A DNA stretch of 64,000 bases from Octopus sinensis (GCF_006345805.1 NC_042997.1:158906001-158970000); one strand, 5' to 3'. Positions 42,774-56,104 are shown, counted from the stretch's first letter. Notes: generated from the sequence alone by a model not told the origin. Translations and numbers: made by a program.

Positions 42774-44290
42774 AGTATGGAAAAATGGGGACCATTTCCC
42801 CTTGTGGGATAACGTTAAAATAATAGACCGAGAATACCACAGGAAAATACGAAATACAGACAAATGACTCAACACTACAGTAAACTACCACACATGTACA
42901 ATCTCCTTAAGATTCACAAGGATGGTATTCCATTAAGACCTATAGTGAGCTGTAGAAGTTCAGTATGTCAGCCACTGAGTCACTTCCTTGTGGATACAAT
43001 CAGTCCATTAGCAGGAAAGTCAACATCGTACGTGAATAATTCCACCCACTTCACAGAATTCTTTAAAGATGCCATCATTGAATCCAACCAGATGGTGAGT
43101 CTAGATGTGATAAGTCTGTTCACCTAAGTCCCAACTGGTGAAGCACTATCGGTGATTAAAGAAAAACTAGCGACAAACACCCATCTAAAAGAACGCACTA
43201 ATATACTAATAAGAAACTTGATGGGAATGTTGACCTTTTGTGTAGAAACTACCTCCTTCAGTATAGACACTGATATATATCAATAGGAAGAGGGTTTAGC
43301 TATGAGTTTCCTTATTATCACCGATATTAGCCAATATGTACATAGAATACTTTGAGAATTTGACTTTAGGATCAACGCCACTAAAACCAACCCTATGGCC
43401 GCGATATATTGATGACACCTTTATATTCCGGCCCCACCAGGAAGATGTCCAAGTGATGTTAGATCATGTAAACTCAATAATAAAGCCATCAATACAGTTC
43501 ACAATAGAAAAGGAAAAGAGACAATCAACTAGTATTCCTGGACGTATTAATAACAAGCATCAAGTATGGATTCAGGACATCCGTAAACCGCAAGCCGACC
43601 TTCACTGGACGATACCTAAACTTCAATTCCCACCATCCATACAGTGTAAATAGAAGGATTGCTCAGTGCCTAAAACATCGAGAATATAAGTAGCGATTGT
43701 GATACCCACCACGAAGAAATGATCAAGCTCAGTAACAATCTGTTAAGCAACAACTACCCCCAAAACATACTATCCACTCCAATTATTAAAAAAAGAGAGG
43801 ATGAAACCAATGAATTGTCCATAGTCTGTCTACCATGTGGATGGCCTATCCGAAAAGATACAAAAGATTTGCGGCTCATATGATATCAGGACAGTATTCT
43901 AGAGTAATACAACATTTCGCAAATATCTCCTTCCAGTAAAACCACCAATAAAAGACAATATGACCAAAAACTGCGTGTATTCCATCCCATGCAGGTGTGG
44001 TAGGTTATACAAAGGCGGGACATACTGCCCGCTCAAAAGCTGTGACACGAGGAGATATTGATAAATCGGGTATAGCTGATCATGTATAGAAAAATGGAGA
44101 CAACCTCCCTCTGTGGGATTAAGTTAAAATAATAGACAGAGAACACCACTGGAAAATACGAAAACTAAAGGAAGCAGCACATATGCTAGACACAACAACC
44201 GCCTAAGCAGACCCAGTGCAGACATGAATAGCATATGGAAACCGCTATTAAGGAAAGATAGGAAAATATTAGATTTATAAGCCCTAAAAT
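42774..44290 (+). mobile_element. Penelope-like element (RT + GIY-YIG), defective, with an upstream copy of its own 3' segment
   Basis: Peptides KIHKDGIPLRPIVS, MVSLDVISLFT, WPRYIDDTF and NCVYSIPCRCGRLY. 42774-42853 duplicates 44084-44163. Confidence 0.9.
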
Positions 44291-44303
44291 TCATTTCATA
44301 ATT

Positions 44304-44607
44304 GCCCGTGGGTATATGGCGTAGTGGTTAAAAGCGCGAGCTACTAGCCCCAAGATTCCGAGTTTGATTCCAGAATAATAATAATAATAATAATGATAAT
44401 AATAATAATAATAATAACAACAACAACATCGAAAAATACCTTAGGGAAACCCAGTTTCGAAATATCCCTAAGATACCTGACGTAGGCTGGAAGGTGTATC
44501 AGCCGAAACGTTGTGTTAAGATCAAACAAGGTGAGGACAAATATCTGCCAAATGTAAATAATGTAAATAATGTACGTAATTCCTCATCTCTTAAATGAAG
44601 AACTGTA
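44304..44607 (+). mobile_element. tRNA-headed SINE-like unit with (AAT)n middle and a PLE-type hammerhead tail (family E)
   Basis: A-box tggcgtagtgg (44317-27), B-box gagtttgattcc (44360-71), (AAT)n, then HHR at 44472-44517. Homologous to 52329-52569. Confidence 0.7.
44472..44517 (+). ncRNA. Minimal type I hammerhead with core variant
   Basis: Reads GAUAC-CUGACGU-A-GGCUG...CAGCC-GAA-ACGU-U-GUGUU. Position 9 is U instead of A. Confidence 0.5.
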
Positions 44608-45078
44608 TTATGTGAAGCTGTTGTTCATAATATTAGCTAACGGCACATTCACTTCTGCTTTGACTGTCAAATGATGGCCAGAATTAAACGTACCATTAAT
44701 TGAAACTGTACGCTAAACAGTATATCAATCGTTCTCTTGATTGTTATATCAATTCTGACCTGCTATTCTTGTTGTACAGAAATTGGATATAAAGATAAAT
44801 ACTTTTATCTAACAAGCCATGTATGTTCTGATGAGCTCTAACGTAATTTACAAATATTTCTGATGTTACTGATGATATAAAAGTTTGTGTGCATATAAAC
44901 TTCCTATTGAGAGTATTGTTTTAAAGTAAGTTAAATTAGCTATTACAACTCAGCTTCTTTTCTTGAAAAAAAAAATATTATCTCGTTAAAAAGTACGCTG
45001 CGTAAGCCAATGTTTCTTGATTTGACACTACTGAACAGTACCTCCACACACACACACGTATACTGTACATATATATAT

Positions 45079-45285
45079 AGTTAATCCAAACATAAAAACA
45101 CAAAGAGAAAAAACAACAACGCGAGGACGTGGAACAAGTATAGTATTATTGGACGGTCAGGAAAGCAAAGAAAGGAGGATTTAACGTTTCGAGCGGAGCA
45201 CTTCGTCAGAAACATAGGAAAAGGAAAGATCCAACGAAAGGAAGACGGAGGAAAAAAGATCGTCAACGAAACACACGCGGTCACA
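45079..45285 (-). mobile_element. PLE-type terminal-repeat fragment with hammerhead (45179-45213)
   Basis: Homologous to 180-388. HHR reads GUUU-CUGACGA-A-GUGC-UCC-GCUC-GAAACGUU-AAAU, with one helix II mismatch. Confidence 0.65.
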
Positions 45286-45329
45286 CACATACACACACAC
45301 ACTATATATATAGTATATATATATATAAT

Positions 45330-45360
<31 letters not shown>

Positions 45361-45391
45361 ATATGTTTATGTATATGTATATGTATATATG

Positions 45392-45424
<33 letters not shown>

Positions 45425-46189
45425 GAATATATGTATGTGTGTATATATATATATGTGTGTGTGTGTGTATGTATATGTATTTATATATGTATATATATAT
45501 ATATATAAAGGGGGATGTGTTGGTTACATATACATATCTCATATATTTGTGTGTATGTATATATGTATATGTATGTATGTATGATGTATGTATGTATGTA
45601 TGTATGTATGTATGTATGTATGTATATGAATGTGATATGTCACTTTCAAGCAAGGCAAGTCTTAGTACTGGTTTACTCGAGATGAACGCAGAAACTCCTA
45701 CAGTGGTACGAATCATAAAATTTCAAAACGACATTTCAGTCATACATGCTCCCAGTTATATGCGACAATCTCTGTCTAATCCTTCCAACATAATTGCATT
45801 AAATAGCGTTATAGGACATAGCTGTATTGCACCGTGTGGACATTTGCGTGCAAACTTTAATGATTCGGATCACACCATCAATATTAACGATATTGCAACC
45901 ATTATGTATATTATTGTTTGCCTGTTTATAACTCTTATACTTAATGAATATATTTCTCATTCATTGGAGTTAAATCGTAAAACTTCGAACTGAGAAGACA
46001 AGTACAGACACTAATTATACAATGAATACTGACATGCTACTGAATCCAAGAAGCAACGTAACCGCTACCTTGCGGCTGGCAATAATAAAACTTCTAATCT
46101 TTAGCAATCGGTTGTCCATTTAAAAGAAACCTAAAGTAATGCGATAGATGAAGGCTTAAAATTCGAAAAAACGAATCTCATTCATATAT

Positions 46190-46302
46190 ATACTTATATA
46201 GATTATAGAGAACATACAAATATATATATATAGATATATGAAAATATATATCAAATATATCAATAATATATAAATATACATATAAGTATTATATGTATAT
46301 AA

Positions 46303-46334
<32 letters not shown>

Positions 46335-47470
46335 ATATAATATATAATATATAATATTATATATATATATATATATATATAAATTTATATATATATAATA
46401 TATATATATATATATAATATATATGTATATATATATAATATATAATATCTATTTATATAATATAATATGTATATATATTTATATAGATATAATATATTAT
46501 ATATATATGTATATATATATATTTAAATATATATATATTTGTATATATATAATATAATATATATAGTATATATATATATTATATATATATGATTAATTAT
46601 AATTATTTCTAAATGCTGTATTTGTTTTCCGTGAAAGTTTGGCGCGCTGTTAGTTGGGGCATTTGAATTATAACGTCGGATGTAATCAATTGAACCACAC
46701 GCGTATTTATCGTTATGGTAAAATCTGGCGTGTGATTGAGTGGATTTCATCCAGATAGTTTTGGGCTGACGAGCTACAAATGGATTTTTTTTGTAAGTAA
46801 AATTCATTTAATTCATTTAAGCGAAACAATTGTCCCAAAATAATCTGTATTTTTGTTATTTTTTATTTGCCCTGTCCGGTGAGATAACATCGTACTGACT
46901 TTCATGGGAACAGTATTTTCGTGGTTGAAACCTTTGGATTAACTGGTGCTAGAGTGAGCATATAGTGACCACTCTCTTATATTTATTTTATTTATATATA
47001 TATATATGTATATATATATATTTAAATATATATATATATTATATATATAATATATATATATATCATATATGTATATATATATAATATGTATATATTTTTA
47101 TATAGATATATATAATAATATGTATATATATTTATATGATATAATAATATATATATGTATATATATTTAAATATGTATATATGTATATAAATATATATAT
47201 ATAAACTATATAATTCCCTTATAAATATATATAAACTTATATATAATATATATGTATATATATATATAATAATATATATATATAGTGTGTGTGTATATAT
47301 GTGTATATAATAAATATATATATAGATGTATATATGTGTGCATATATAAATATGTATATATATAAATATATATATGAATATATACATATAAATATACAAA
47401 AATAAATATATACATATATATAGGTAAATATATAAACATATATATTTGGGCGTGCGTGTATATATATATA
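46190..47470. repeat. Degenerate (TA)n low-complexity blocks (46190-46590, 46980-47470)
   Basis: Direct reading. Confidence 0.9.
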
Positions 47471-47605
47471 TAGAGAGAGACAGAGAGTGAATTAAATAAT
47501 GAGGGTACAAATTAATATTAATTAATTGATATCAATTTAAACCAGTGGCCTAGCCAACTTTAAAAATCCGAAGATTAAGAAAATTATATTACATACTTAT
47601 ATAAA

Positions 47606-47755
47606 AGGAATAACTATGAAGGTGGATACTTAATACGCTAGAAGGAGACGCTAAATCGTCTAACCATGAAGAGTGGTTGAGAACACACTTTTCGTGGTTA
47701 GACGATTAAGCGTCTCCTTCTAGCATATTGGGAATCCACCTTGGTGTTTATTCCT
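47606..47755. repeat. Inverted repeat with ~60-bp arms
   Basis: aaggtggat...gctagaaggagacgct..atcgtctaacca pairs with tggttagacgatt..gcgtctccttctagc...atccacctt. Confidence 0.8.
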
Positions 47756-48429
47756 CCTATATATGTATGTTATATAAATATAGGTGCAGGAGTTTCTGTG
47801 TGGTAATTAGGTTACTCGAATACTCTGAAGGCGTGCTTTTGTAGCCGTCCTGAATTGAAGAAATATTGAAGGCGCGATTGTAAGGTAGGCATCTGTTTGG
47901 GGGGGGGGGGGGATTCAGTGTGGTTTTGTTGTGTCATATTGTTTCTCTTTTTTCGAATAAGAAATCCACACTGGGTCCCGGTTATATGTCTGCCTGCAGT
48001 CGCGCTAAGTGACTCATTTAGCTGTGTGAATTGTTGCTTGGGCGCGTCTCTTCCCTTCGAAAAATTGTGAAATTTTGGATTTGTCCAGGATTTTTTTGTG
48101 TTCCTGCTGCTGCTATGACCCTGGATTACCTGTTGGAGTACCTTTTTTGGAATACCTATGGGCCAGGATTACTGGGTGGCCGGAATTGTGTTGCCGTGAC
48201 TTGAACTGTCTTCCTTCTTTCTTTTTTTCTGCTTTGTCTTTCTGTTCTTGAACTTTACTCGGACATTTTGTTTGAACTATTTTTTGGACTTTCTTTTCTG
48301 CAAGCATGGCAAAGAAGGCAAACACTGCGTTGGAGTGGGAGATTGTACCCACCAAGCAGTGATTAAAATACCTAAACAAGAGAACGGTGGTGTTGCGGAC
48401 TTATTCTAAGTCACTCGACACCATCACAC

Positions 48430-49409
48430 GAACGCATGATAGCTATCAAAGAGGAACATGCTTAAACGGCTCTATGAACAACAAGAAGTAGCAATATTTC
48501 TCCATTTGCAACAGAAGACAGATCTCCAAAACAATGCTCCAGTCTGAAGGCTTTCAGCTATCTCTGGTTTACTTGGTGGACATCTTTGAAGCGTTGAATG
48601 CTCCCGACCTTAAACTACAAAGGAAAACCATCAATGTTCTTACATACCACGACACCATTCGAACCTTCATGGCCAAACTCGACCTCTGGAAATGTCGAAT
48701 TTAGCAGGGAAATACAGCCAGTCTTAGTTACTTGGATTCTGCTCTCATTCACGGTAACCTTGATTCTGAGTTAAAGAAACGAATAACCACTCATATAACT
48801 GACTTGAAAACAGAATTCATGAGAGACTTCTCAGATATAGATGAAAAGCATGAAGATTGGAATGTCTGAAGTGACTGATGTTTTGGATGAAGTGCAAGAG
48901 GAGTTTCTTCAGCTGAGGTTCAACTCCCCAGCTACAGAAGACTTCAAAGAAATAGATCTTGAAACGTTCTGGATCAAGTACCTTCCTATTTACCCTCTGA
49001 TCTCAGATCAGGCTCTTCGGATTCTAGCTATGTTTGGACCCTCGAATCTTTGTGAAGCTGCATTTTCCACATTCGTTGCCATAAAGAGCAGGTACAGATA
49101 CAGGCTGAACGTTGAAAGGGACTTAAGTTGTGCACTCTCTGACATTCAATCACGCATTGAAGATCCTGTAGCTGAGAAGCAGCGTCAAGTATCTCACTAA
49201 TAATTAGACTAATTCATATTCAATAAAAAAAATTTTTTTGCTAAGAAGCAGTGTCAAGTATCTCACTTTTTGTATAACGTAATTATATATAAAATTATAC
49301 ATATTTTGTATAATGTGACTAATTCATATTCAATAAAAAGACTAGAAACATATTTTAGATTTTATTTAAAATCTGGGAAGCGTAGTGGTAAAAAGGTTAA
49401 GCACCACTG
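48430..49409 (+). mobile_element. hAT (Charlie/Buster-like) transposon 3' half
   Basis: Peptides YLVDIFEALN, KLQGK, AKLDLWK and the dimerization-domain FWIKY...LCEAAFS...RYRLNVERDL. Terminal aaggttaagcaccactg is followed by atctagat, matching the NTCTAGAN Charlie target. Confidence 0.85.
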
Positions 49410-50931
49410 ATCTAGATACTACTGTAGGTTATTTCTTCAGATTCTAATGATCCACTGCCATTTTACTGATTTAATAATGTTGATAATGTTTATTTAATGT
49501 TCGTGGGAGACTCTGAATTTCTTAGGTAGGGAAACCATTACTTAAGCCAAGCTTCATATACCTAGCACAGAACTTTATTTTATTAACCCTGTAAAGAGAA
49601 ATAGAATCAAAGTCACCGCCAAGGGATTTTAAATTTAGAATATTGAGGTTCAGAACTGAATGCGATAAAGCATTCGTTCTGCACTGCAGATTTCCTCAGT
49701 CCACACTCCTTTAGATAATTTAACGATTTTTCTGAATTTTTTACTATTAACATGAACTCTATTCGTAAGTTTATGTATTTAAACATTCTATGGAAATATA
49801 TTTACTCTCCTCTCCTGGGTTGTGAACTAAAGTAAAATATTCATATTCTTAATTAGATTATCAGATAGCCTCATATTTATTGGGAATGAGAAACGTTGGC
49901 TGTGTACAAAACTATGTTATTCCCCAAGAAAATTTAAGATAACAGATCTACTTGATATTTTTTTAGCGTTTTTGTGAGATTTTTAAAGCAAATTTAGTAT
50001 TTAATCTTCTAAAACTATTTTTATCGATGTTTATATGCTATTAGAAGATCAGTTGTTTTTTTTGCATAATCAATCATAAGTTGGTTAAGAAAATATGACT
50101 TGGAAATTTGGGTAATAAAGAAGAAAGGTAATGGACCAAACCAAATTTAAGCTCGGATAACAGCTATTTGGTAAAACATTATTAGCAGGTGATGGATGGA
50201 GCGGTTTTTACAAAGGGCTGTATAGTAAATGCTACTAAGTGGGCGGGTGCTTACCTTTATATATGTAATTAAATGTTGAAACACTTTCGTCTAAACGTTT
50301 TCTTATATAAGTTAGTCTTATATAAGATTTCCGATTTCAAATATATTCTAATTTCAATCATCGTTACAGATGAAATAGCAAGTAACTCATGGACTTTTCG
50401 ATTAAATATTAAAGACAGATAAAATAATTCTGAACGCACAATTATGAATTTAATAAACTATATGAACAACAAACATGTATTTCAAAAAAATTTTTCTTTA
50501 GCAGAAATGAACTAAAATTACATCCCATAATGACTAGTAATTTTTTCCTCGTTTCTAAAATGTGCTCTGATTTGATAATTTATATCAAACATCATCATCA
50601 TTGTTAAAATAACACATAATCATTTTTGGTTAATTTCTGCACGAGGACGTTAATATTTTGCCAAATAGTACATTATAACCACTTAAATCGTTTCTAATAA
50701 CATACCTCCATTTCCAGAATATTCAATTATTTTTCACATTCTGATCAGTAAATTTCTAACAAAACACAAATAATCAGTGTGTTTTGTTTGTTAATAAATT
50801 TGTGTAAATTTTCCTGTCCTTATAACACAGCAAATAGAAACAAATTGTGAATTCATATTGAATAAAATTGTCAAAGTAATGTTGAAGCTTGCAATGTACA
50901 TACGTATACATATACTTCCACAGGTGCATAC

Positions 50932-51033
<102 letters not shown>

Positions 51034-51158
51034 CTGTGTGAGTGTGTATACATAGATAAATAGACAGATATACACACATATATGTATATACATCAGTGTG
51101 TGTGATTATATATATACATATATAATATATATATATACATATATATACATACATATAC

Positions 51159-51193
<35 letters not shown>

Positions 51194-51424
51194 TGTATGT
51201 ATGTATGTATGTATGTATGTATGTGTGTATATGCATATGTATGCTTTAATATAATCACATATAAAGAGATTCAAACAATTACTATGAAAAAATTAATATC
51301 AATATGCTGACTATGCACTTCAGGTTTAAAAATATAGCTGACAGTAACTTCGAAGTTCAGCTATAATCGGCTTCGGCAGCCATTCCCACTATTCCACTCT
51401 CTCCGCGTACATACAGGCACGCAT

Positions 51425-51461
<37 letters not shown>

Positions 51462-51463
<2 letters not shown>

Positions 51464-51935
51464 GGCGTAAGTATGACTTAGTGGTTATGATGCTCACTTT
51501 ACTACCAGGTGATTTCGGGTTCAATTCCATAATGTCACACCTTGAGCAAGTGTTTTCTACTATAGCCTAGGCCCACTAATAGTGGGGAGTGAATTTGGTA
51601 GACGAAAAGTGTGATGAAGCCTGTTGTGTATGTACGAGTATGTGTGCTTGTATGTATGAGTGTGATGTACGAGTACGTGTGCTTGTATGTATACGTGTAT
51701 ACGTATACGTATATCTGTATCTTTGTGTTTGTGTTGGGTTTGTTACCCCACGCTGCATGGTAGTATGTGTTGGTTTATTTACATTCCTATATCCAGTGGT
51801 TAGTCAAAAGAGAACAATAAGATAATTGCTAGGCATTAAGAAACTAAGTACTGGAGGGCGATTTGTTTGTCTAAAACCTTCAAAACAGGTCCCCAGAATC
51901 ACCGCAATGGAATGACTGAGACAAAGAATAAAAGA
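51462..51935 (+). mobile_element. SINE family B-like, diverged
   Basis: Segments ccttgagcaagtgttttctactatagcc and gaatttggtagacg match family B. Confidence 0.65.
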
Positions 51936-52228
51936 TGTGCAATGATTAGATATTCATTCTTAATTCGTTCTGGCAATTACAACGCGAATATATTGTATGT
52001 CGACGATGGCGAACACCTTCTCTCAGAAGAAAGTTTCTTCATATTAAACTATAGTAATTAGAGTAAGAGAACTTAGGAAAAGCCGGTATTTTGACATCTT
52101 TGGGCTTCCTCAGCAGTAGCTGCTCAGGACTGATGAATCCAACGAGAGCTTATAATTATTGTTTACATTTATGCATTATTTATATTATTTACAGTTGACG
52201 GATATTTGTCCTCATCTTGTTTGTTGTT

Positions 52229-52274
52229 AACACAACGTTTCGGCTGATATACCCTCCAACCTTCATCAGGTGTC
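52229..52274 (-). ncRNA. Minimal type I hammerhead, intact core
   Basis: Reads GACAC-CUGAUGA-A-GGUUG-GAGGGUAUAU-CAGCC-GAA-ACGU-U-GUGUU, with helix I GACAC/GUGUU. Confidence 0.75.
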
Positions 52275-52473
52275 TTCGGAAAATTTTGAACCTGGATTCT
52301 CATTCCTGAGGTAACCACTACGCCATATGCCCGTGGGTATATGGCGTAGTAGTTAAGAGCGCGGGGCTATTAACCCCATGATTCCGAGTTCTATTCCGAG
52401 CACTGACCTGAATAATAATAATAACATCGAAAAATATCTTATGAATAAGAACCCAGGTTCGAAATTTCCCCAG

Positions 52474-52519
52474 GACACCTGATGAAGGTTGGAGGGTATA
52501 TCAACCGAAATGTTGTGTT
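52474..52519 (+). ncRNA. Minimal type I hammerhead, helix III palindrome broken
   Basis: Reads GACAC-CUGAUGA-A-GGUUG...CAACC-GAA-AUGU-U-GUGUU. ACGU has become AUGU, consistent with CpG decay. Confidence 0.6.
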
Positions 52520-53209
52520 AACAACAAACAAGATGAGGTCAAATATCCGTCAGTTGTAAATAATGTAAAAACGCCACTATATAAGATAAATTTTAATTTT
52601 CTTAGAAATTTGACATGTTTCGGTTCTTCTTGAAAAAACGAACCTTATCAAAAATATTTTCAAAAGCTAAGTGTAATAAAAAAGTTCATAATTGTTTCTA
52701 ACTGGTCTCAACAGAATCGGCGTGGAGGTTTTTTGTGGGGAGTAAGCATAATAGCTGTCTTATGTGTTCGAATAAAATTAAGGATATATATATATATTTG
52801 AAGTAGAGATGACAAAGGAGTATCATTCTTGTGACATCTCTCTTACTACTGTTCTATACTCGGCTGATACTTCGTTCTGAAACACGAATATTGACTTCTA
52901 CAGCAGGTTATTAGTCACGCAATTCTTAAGCGATATATATATCTTCGTGCGTGTGTGTGCGTGTTTTTCGTGTGTGTTATTATTCAGTATATTTCAAGAT
53001 TTCTTGCCAAAAGAGAAGAAACCAATTTCTAACCTAGATCCAAGGTTCCTTCAGTAGAATTTCAACATCAACAACAGGGAATTTTTGGATGTATGTATTT
53101 GCAGATTTGTATGTTTTATGTATGTATACGCATGCATATAGTTACATATCTAGACATGCTTATATGCAGGGTGTTCAAAATGTCCCTCCGCAGTCAATTT
53201 TTTTTCACC

Positions 53210-53431
53210 ATGGTTTATAGTTTTCCTTCTTTTCACAATCGTATAACATTTATCCTGACCAAACTCAAACCCTACATCCTTTGAGAAATTTGTAATTAGG
53301 TCAAGGCTCTTTTTCCTTTCATGTATAATCTTTGCATAAAGTTTTAAGTCATCCACAAAGAAACAGTATGTAATTTTGATATTTCTGTTTCCTTGTGAAT
53401 CAGTGAGATACCCTTCGGGCTTCCTGAACAT
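53210..53431 (-). mobile_element. R4/Dong-like RT fragment
   Basis: Peptide ITYCFFVDDLKLYAK...FSKDVGFEFGQDKC. Confidence 0.8.
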
Positions 53432-53439
53432 GAATGTGA

Positions 53440-53729
53440 TGAATATTCACGTCAGTGGTGCAGGTTAAGCGGTGTGCCACTCCCTTTTCGTACTTCATTC
53501 TTGTCCGATCATTTTTAAACTTCTCGATCCACTCATTAACATTTATATGTGGTAAAGCACAGTCCGCAATTATACTGTAAGCCTGTGGTGAAATTTAGCT
53601 CCTGACACACTTTCAAACCAGTGAAATCGGAGCACTAATCTCTGTTTTACCCTGATGCACGCTGTCGGCGAAGCAGCCAACGTAAAGGAAGTTTTGGCGA
53701 AAGTGCTACTAATTTTTGACTTACCCTTG
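53440..53729 (-). mobile_element. Mariner 5' fragment
   Basis: TIR-like (ta)caagggtaagtcaaaaatt. Degenerate N-terminal peptides QRLVLRFHWFESVSGAKFH and EWIEKFKNDRT. Confidence 0.7.
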
Positions 53730-54343
53730 TAGATAAGTTACTATAAATATATACGCATGTACATATACACATACTGTAACCTTGAAACGGCTGTCGGTGT
53801 ATGGCCACTTAATTCTTGAAATTGTATTACGTCCATCTAATCATTGGAAACTTTAACTTTCATGTGGATGATTAAACATTTCTTTATTCACCTTTTCGCA
53901 AGGATTTACACTTTTGTTTTTTAATATATTTTTAATACCTTTTAACAACGCTCTTAATCTATAAGTAGGACGATGTCTTCAATATATATCTTTTAAAATG
54001 CTAATATATTTTCATACATCAATATAGTTTTTCTACCCATATACGTCGATTATGATTTAATATATTTATGCATCTGTAAATTTTTTTTATTTTTCAATAT
54101 TTTAATGAGTGATACATTAAATATATTTTGATAATTTGCATACACCAGTTTTATGGCTGAGTATATGTTGTATTATTATTCTAAAATGTTGAACCTACTT
54201 GATTTATTCTATATAACGGCGGTGCATAAGCATGGCTGTAGCTCTGAGCTGATACTAGAGAGAAATATATATATATATGTGTGTGTATGTGTGTGTGTGT
54301 GTGTGTCTGTGTGTGTGTGTTGTGTATGTGTGTGTGTGTGTGT

Positions 54344-54946
54344 GGAGGCGCAATGGCCTAGTGGTTAGGGCAGCGGACTTGCGGTCGTAGGATCGTGGTT
54401 TCAATTCCCAGACAGGGCGTTGTGAGTGTTTATTGAGCGAAAACACCTAAAGCTCCACGAGGCTCCGGCACGGGGTGGTGGAAATCCCTGCTGTACTCTT
54501 TCGCCACAACTTTCTCTCACTCTTTCTTCTGTTGGCCTCCTCGCTTAGCCAACGGGGTGGCATCATTTGAAGGCTAAAACAATGCAAAGCCCATTGTGAC
54601 CAGCGATGTGTAGTAACATCTGATAGCCTCGTCAGTCACGGTGATATATATATATATGTGTGTGTGTGGAGGCGCAATGGCCCAGTGGTTAGGGCAGCGG
54701 ACTTGCGGTCGTAGGATCGCGGTTTCGATTCCCAGACCGGGCGTTGTGTGTGTTTATTGAGTGAAAACACCTAAAGCTCCACGCATCTCCGGCAGGGAGT
54801 GGTGATCCCTGCTGTACTCTTTCACCACTCTTTCTCTCACTCTTTCTTCTGTTGACCTGCTCGCTTAATCAGCGGGGTGGCGTCATTCGAAGGCTAAAAC
54901 AATGCGAACGCATTGTGACCAGCGATGTGTAGCAACATCACGTGGT

Positions 54947-54952
<6 letters not shown>
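54344..54952 (+). mobile_element. Tandem pair of family C SINEs (54344-54644; 54668-54952)
   Basis: Each begins ggaggcgcaatggccYagtggttagggcagcgg after a (TG)n run and ends gtcac..tgatatata. Confidence 0.9.
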
Positions 54953-54990
<38 letters not shown>

Positions 54991-56104
54991 GAATAGATAG
55001 ATATAGATATTGATATTCGTATATTTAATACACTTGTATATTTGATGTAAACTTAGAAGCCATACTTGTTCCTCAGTTGTTTGAGAAAGATAGTCAGAGA
55101 AAAACTTCAAAATTACAAAGCAAAAGTTTTATTATCAATAGAAGATGAAACGCCAACTATCAAATATTATTATCAGTGGCCGCTTTGTTTTTATTCTATA
55201 ATTTATTTGGCCATTCCCTATCCTTATCAAATATGCCTATTTGTATATGGTTTCTTTTAAGGAGATGAAAGTTTCTCTTATTAAGGATTGATTAATGACT
55301 GAAACGAAATGCCTTCAGGCGCCAACCGCATCATTTTATCGTTTCTTCCAAACAAGACTGTCTCTACGTGGTCTCTACATCTAGATATCACAACGGATAC
55401 CAAACAGTCTTCAGCAACAGTGGGTGATTTGAATAATGTAAGCCAAGGCATATTATATTTGAAGGAAAACATTCTGGATGGTCATGCCTGCAAAGATATT
55501 TGATAATATATGTCTGTTTGATTACAGGTACATAAGCGGCACTCAGATGTTAAACTATTAAAATCGCTTTTTATTAGGGACAGTGTTACTCTTATGTCTG
55601 TACTTTCACGTCCTGTTGGGCGAACACCTTTACTTCAAAGTGATTAACAACCAGAGAAGTATCGTAGATGATTCGCCATTAGATACATTGATCTCTTGAG
55701 CTTTACTTTTTATTTAGCAGGTTTCTTCGTTATGTATACTGTTAACGACTAACGAAACGTAAGTACATTTTAAGAAAGGTGTGGAATTTCTATGAAGAAT
55801 TGTTAGAATGTTGTACGCAGAATCATTGTTTCGATTCTTGGACCATGCTTAAGTTGTGATCTTGAGCAAAACATCTCATTTTGATTTTTAAAAAATGCAT
55901 TTCGTTGCTCCAGTCCAGTCAACTGTAAATGTGCAAACCTGTGACGGACTGGGCTCTCGTTCAGGAGTCATGTTGTGATCTGGCCACTTATAAGACATGG
56001 AAACCGAGTAACCATCACTATGAGACTTACGACTAAAAACTACTTACTTGCTTGTGGATTTCATAACGTGATATCTTTGACCTGACGATCGTATTAATAA
56101 AAAT

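Larger units (their letters stand above)
52181..52569. mobile_element. Head-to-head inverted pair of family E units
   Basis: The plus unit starts at 52329 (gcccgtgggtatatggcgtagtag). The minus unit (52328 to about 52165) is internally deleted between the A-box and the tail. Arms are about 52181-52308 and 52437-52567. Confidence 0.8.

Noticed and set aside
44304-44372. Functional tRNA gene (likewise the heads of SINE families A-D)
   Set aside because: No acceptor stem or complete T-arm closure; these are SINE heads.
45630-45993. ~120-codon open stretch outside the microsatellite
   Set aside because: No domain similarity or convincing splice sites; compatible with chance. Only a database search would settle it.
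47820-48420. GC-richer block before the hAT fragment
   Set aside because: Probably a repeat, but it cannot be classified from the sequence.
52108-52140. CUGAUGA at 52126 (also 44847 and a CUGAAG hairpin near 32015-32050)
   Set aside because: No correctly placed GAAA and helix I partner, so not called as hammerheads.
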